Below are positions 61,076-64,000 of a stretch of 64,000 nucleotides of DNA, one piece after another (positions within the stretch are counted from its first letter, which is position 1; the number at the start of each line of letters is the position of its first letter). Both the position numbers and the translations under genes were made by a program. A model generated the notes under the pieces. It searched no databases. It saw only the letters and a program-made list of their open reading frames with translations, and had not been told where the DNA came from. The DNA comes from an uncultured delta proteobacterium (lineage in GTDB: Bacteria > Desulfobacterota > RBG-13-43-22): contig CAVYLJ010000034.1 in assembly GCA_963769305.1 (NCBI GenBank), forward strand, positions 72,647 through 136,646. The letters are read 5' to 3'.

Positions 61076-61374
61076 ATGGCCGTAAGAAACTTCAAAAACA
61101 AAGGGACTGAAGACATTAATTATGGAAAAACTACCAAAGAGGCTCTAAGGACATTACCAAAGAATTGCACAAAAAAGCTCAGATAAAACTTGCCCGTTTG
61201 GGTGCGGTAACGTCGATACGGGATCTGCAGGAAATACGTGGAAATCGATTTGAAAAATTGAAAATTAATCGCGCAGATCAATTCAGTATTCGAATTAATG
61301 ACCAATATCGTATTTGTTTTAAATGGGAAGAAGAAAATGCAGTGGATGTTGAAATTATCGACTATCATTCATAA
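61076..61374 (+). CDS. higB: HigB-type (RelE/ParE superfamily) toxin, one apparent frameshift near 61160
   Basis: MAVRNFKNKGTEDINYGKTTKEALRTLPK joins ...KKAQIKLARLGAVTSIRDLQEIRGNRFEKLKINRADQFSIRINDQYRICFKWEEENAVDVEIIDYH (ORF 61165..61374). Confidence 0.8.
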
Positions 61375-61389
61375 CTCGAGGAGGCCAAA

Positions 61390-61673
61390 ATGAATGAAAA
61401 CCATTTTACTCCGGTACATCCCGGGGAAGTCATTCGGGATGAGTTGGAGGAATTAAACCTTACCCAATCCGCGTTGGCAAAACATATCGGGGTTCTGCCG
61501 AAAACAATAAATGAAATCTGCCGGGGGAAAGAGGTATCAGTGCAGAAATGGCCGTGAAACTCTCTAAGGCGTTGGGGGGCAGTCCCCAGTTTTGGTTGAA
61601 TTTGCAAAGCAACTGGGAAATCAGCCAATTAAATAAAACCACCTTCGAGCATATTAACCGTGTCGCCGCGTGA
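61390..61673 (+). CDS. higA: HigA-type XRE-family HTH antitoxin, one apparent frameshift in an A-run near 61527
   Basis: Not in the ORF track as one piece. MNENHFTPVHPGEVIRDELEELNLTQSALAKHIGVLPKTINEICRGK joins (R)GISAEMAVKLSKALGGSPQFWLNLQSNWEISQ... Confidence 0.8.
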
Positions 61674-61676
61674 AAG

Positions 61677-61880
61677 GTGATCGACATTCTACTGGTCCAT
61701 CCCCTCCAATTTGAAGAATCGTTCAAAAATAAAACGGTGAAAAAGACGAAGGATGTTGAAATATGTCTGGCTTCCCTGAACGACCTTATTAAGACCAAAG
61801 AATTCAGCGGGAGAATGCAGGATTCCTGCGATATAAAAATGCTCAAAAAAATCAGCAAATATCTGGGTGCGGAAAAATGA
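61677..61880 (+). pseudogene. C-terminal remnant of a nucleotidyltransferase-like (MNT/AbiEii-like) protein
   Basis: IDILLVHP...FEE...VEICLASLNDLIKTKEFSGRMQDSCDIKML resembles the ...V.SLEDLI.MK..AGR.KD..D... tail of such proteins. No catalytic GS...D.D region is present. Confidence 0.4.
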
Positions 61881-62047
61881 AAAAAGGATTTTCGTATACC
61901 CTCGAAGAAGAGAAGATCCTCGAATATCTGAAGCTGTCCACGGAGGACAAATTAAAATGGTTGGAAGAAATCAATGCTTTCAACCGGATGGTCATGGATG
62001 ACCGGGAAAATGAGATAAGGGAAAAGCTCCGGGCAGGCGAGATATAA
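61877..62047 (+). CDS. 56-aa hypothetical protein, ATGA-coupled to the preceding remnant
   Basis: Not in the ORF track. Translation is MKKGFSYTLEEEKILEYLKLSTEDKLKWLEEINAFNRMVMDDRENEIREKLRAGEI. Confidence 0.35.
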   Translation: MKKGFSYTLEEEKILEYLKLSTEDKLKWLEEINAFNRMVMDDRENEIREKLRAGEI

Positions 62048-62100
62048 ACAAAGCTATTGAGCTATAGAACGCTTTTCTGGAGGGGAAGGATCTATCCGGG

Positions 62101-63004
62101 TCATCTTCCTCCGGTCCCCAACCGTTTCCAGAAAATCCCGAAAACACCGGTAAGGATGAGGGCCGTCCCCAGGACGGTCGACGAGGTGATGCGCTCTCCC
62201 AGCACCAGCCAGCCCAATAGAACGGCGATGACCGGGTTGATGTAGGCATAGGTCATGACCACGGAAAGGGGAAGGGTGCGTACGGCGATGACAAAGGCCG
62301 TGAAACTGATCAAAGACCCGGCAATGACCAAATAGATCCAGCCAAGCCAGGCCACGGCTGTGGGGTGGGGCCAGGGTTCACCGGAAAGTAAGGTAATGGC
62401 GATCAACCCAAGGCTCCCAAAAAATTGTTGATAGGCGGAGGTCACAATCGGTGTGGCCTTCGGCGGTCGGCGCTGCAGAAGAAGGGAGCCCCCAGACCAG
62501 GCCATGGCCGCCAGCAATAGGGCGGCGGTGGATGAGGCGTCAGCCCGAAGGCCCTGGTTCAGGACCGGAGTAACCAGAACGGCTAATCCGAAAAATCCGA
62601 TAATCAAAGAAAGAACCAACAGAAGAGACGGCGGCCTGCGCCTCCAGGATGGATTCCATGATGACCGACCACATGGGGGTGGTGCCGACGACCAGCGCGG
62701 CATAGCCGGAGTTGGCATGGTGCTCGGCGTAGGCAACCAGGCCGTTTCCGCCGAGCCACAACAAAAGACCGGAAACGATCAGAACCCGCAATTCCGAGCC
62801 CGAAGGCCGCGACCACTGACCCAAACCCTTGGCCAGAACAAAGAGGATCGCCGAGGCACACAGGGTCCGGCTGGCCGCCATGGCGAAGGGCGGAAACCCG
62901 CTTCCCTCATGGACGGTCAAACGGATAAAAAGGTAGGTGCTGCCCCAGACCAGGTAGACCACGATCAGGTTCAGCATCCCCTTGGTGGAAAGGGAGGAAG
63001 ACAT
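62101..63004 (-). CDS. EamA/DMT-family transporter, apparent frameshift(s) within 62540..62740
   Basis: ORFs 62540..63004 (N-terminal EamA repeat) and 62101..62736 (C-terminal repeat) overlap. Confidence 0.75.
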
Positions 63005-63146
63005 GGGGCTAAGGTATAGACGAGTTGTCCGGGAAGGTCAATACCGGTCGCTTAGCGTTCGTCGTTCGTCGAAATCCCTTTTCATAGTTCGTTTTGCCCG
63101 CCGAGGACATGAGGGCTCAGTTCGAAAAAAAAGGATCATCTCCCGA

Positions 63147-64000
63147 TTAGTTGGCGAAAGCCTGAAAGATTTTCAAAGAAAAGTAACGCAGGTCATGAAA
63201 TCCGTAGGCTTTTCGTTTAATGACTTTGATTTTATTGTTCACTCCCTCCAGGACACTGGTGTGGAGAGGGTAATCACAGTGATTGAGGAGGCCATAGCTA
63301 TACCGTTAAGGTGTTGACGAACTTGGTTACCGTCCGATTTTTAAGAGATCGGGCCAAAGCACACCACTGATCTAAGGCTTTGGTGGCCCAGGTTCGGGAC
63401 TTATACGACCAGATGTGTTTTAACTGATCTTTGAGGATGTATACTGTGTTAATGACCTCGTTCAGTTTCAACAATTCGGTCAATTGGATCCTGTCCTTAG
63501 TCCGACGAACGGTATTTTTAAGCAACAGGTATTTGGCCCCTTTAAAAATCTCTTTTTGTTCTTTGGAGGCTTTTCGGTATTCACTGTTTCGGACTTTATC
63601 GATGACCCGGCTGAATTGGGCCACCACATGAAACAGGTCAAAGACAATCTTCACGTGGGGCACCTTTTCTTTGACGGCTTTAATGTAGGGGTCCCACATA
63701 TCCATGGCGATGGCTTCCAATTGGTTTTTTTGACCTTTGGATAAAAGATTAAAGAATGTTTTTAGAGTTCGGGCTTTACGCTTTTGGCCGATCCAGACTA
63801 CTCGGCCGGATTCATAATCCAGGATAACGGTCAAGTAGCGGTGTCCTTTTCGAATAGCGATTTCATCGACAGCCAGAAGACGAAGCCCATCGAAAGCGGG
63901 GAGTTCCGTATTCGATCTCCAGAAAATATTTATCGATGTTTTTAACGGTTTTCCAATCCAGGTCCAGATGATCGGCTACCTCCTTAACCGTCATGACTCG
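63147..64000 (-). CDS. ISL3-family transposase, 5'-end beyond the window, at least two apparent frameshifts (~63300, ~63880)
   Basis: ORF 63298..63834 carries DMWDPYIKAV...VFDLFHV. The tail ...LEGVNNKIKVIKRKAYGFHDLRYFSLKIFQAFAN is recovered in another frame, ending at 63147. Upstream, ...LLAVDEIAIRKGHRYLTVILDYESG lies near 63840..63900. Confidence 0.8.

Noticed and set aside
1-64000. CRISPR arrays, rRNA genes, additional tRNAs, retron/DGR reverse transcriptases, prophage structural genes
   Set aside because: I scanned by eye for regularly spaced direct repeats, GGTTCGAATCC-type T-loops and YxDD motifs. I found only the single tRNA-Pro and the irregular repeat families described above.

Overview
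This is a 64-kb bacterial chromosomal window of moderate GC. Gene content (FdhD/MobA, a 2-hydroxyacyl-CoA-dehydratase-type activase, a DsrE-like protein, several sigma-54 components) suggests an anaerobic Desulfobacterota/deltaproteobacterium-like organism, but the taxon is inference only. Layout: (i) 1-11.4 kb is an accessory/defence island. It holds a minus-strand operon of PLD-nuclease/SNF2-helicase, then a ~1205-aa Eco57I-type N6-adenine methyltransferase, then a P-loop ATPase cut by the window edge. Next comes a ~2.4-kb graveyard of type I R-M (hsdM) and ATPase-gene fragments plus a small antitoxin-like ORF, bracketed by two copies of one promoter/5'-end module. An IS630-family element with 36-bp inverted repeats follows. 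(ii) 11.5-41.1 kb and 45.5-61 kb are mostly housekeeping and metabolic genes: an ALDH/Fe-ADH fusion, livFGMH with a truncated livK, plsY, parAB with two parS sites, amt behind a sigma-54 promoter, tRNA-Pro(CGG), pyrE-like, namZ-like, a PAS/GAF histidine kinase, cysteine desulfurase-fdhD-mobA, an NtrC-type regulator, a yjiM/yjiL-like dehydratase plus activase, metG, ricT, an lsrF-like aldolase, purSL-purQ and tmk. (iii) 41.3-45.2 kb looks like a small insertion bounded by a 13/14-nt direct repeat. It carries a DUF4143 ATPase and a RecB/Cas4-like plus RNase-H-like nuclease abutting an IS66-type transposase C-terminus. (iv) 61-64 kb holds higBA, a nucleotidyltransferase-remnant pair, an EamA transporter and an ISL3 transposase that runs off the end. 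I saw no rRNA and no CRISPR array. Major caveat: about twenty genes, including essential ones (metG, purL, purQ, tmk, parB), are split by single-base frameshifts. The sequence therefore most likely carries uncorrected indel errors. I merged such fragments into single genes and did not call them pseudogenes. All domain calls come from motif recognition by eye, with no searches run.
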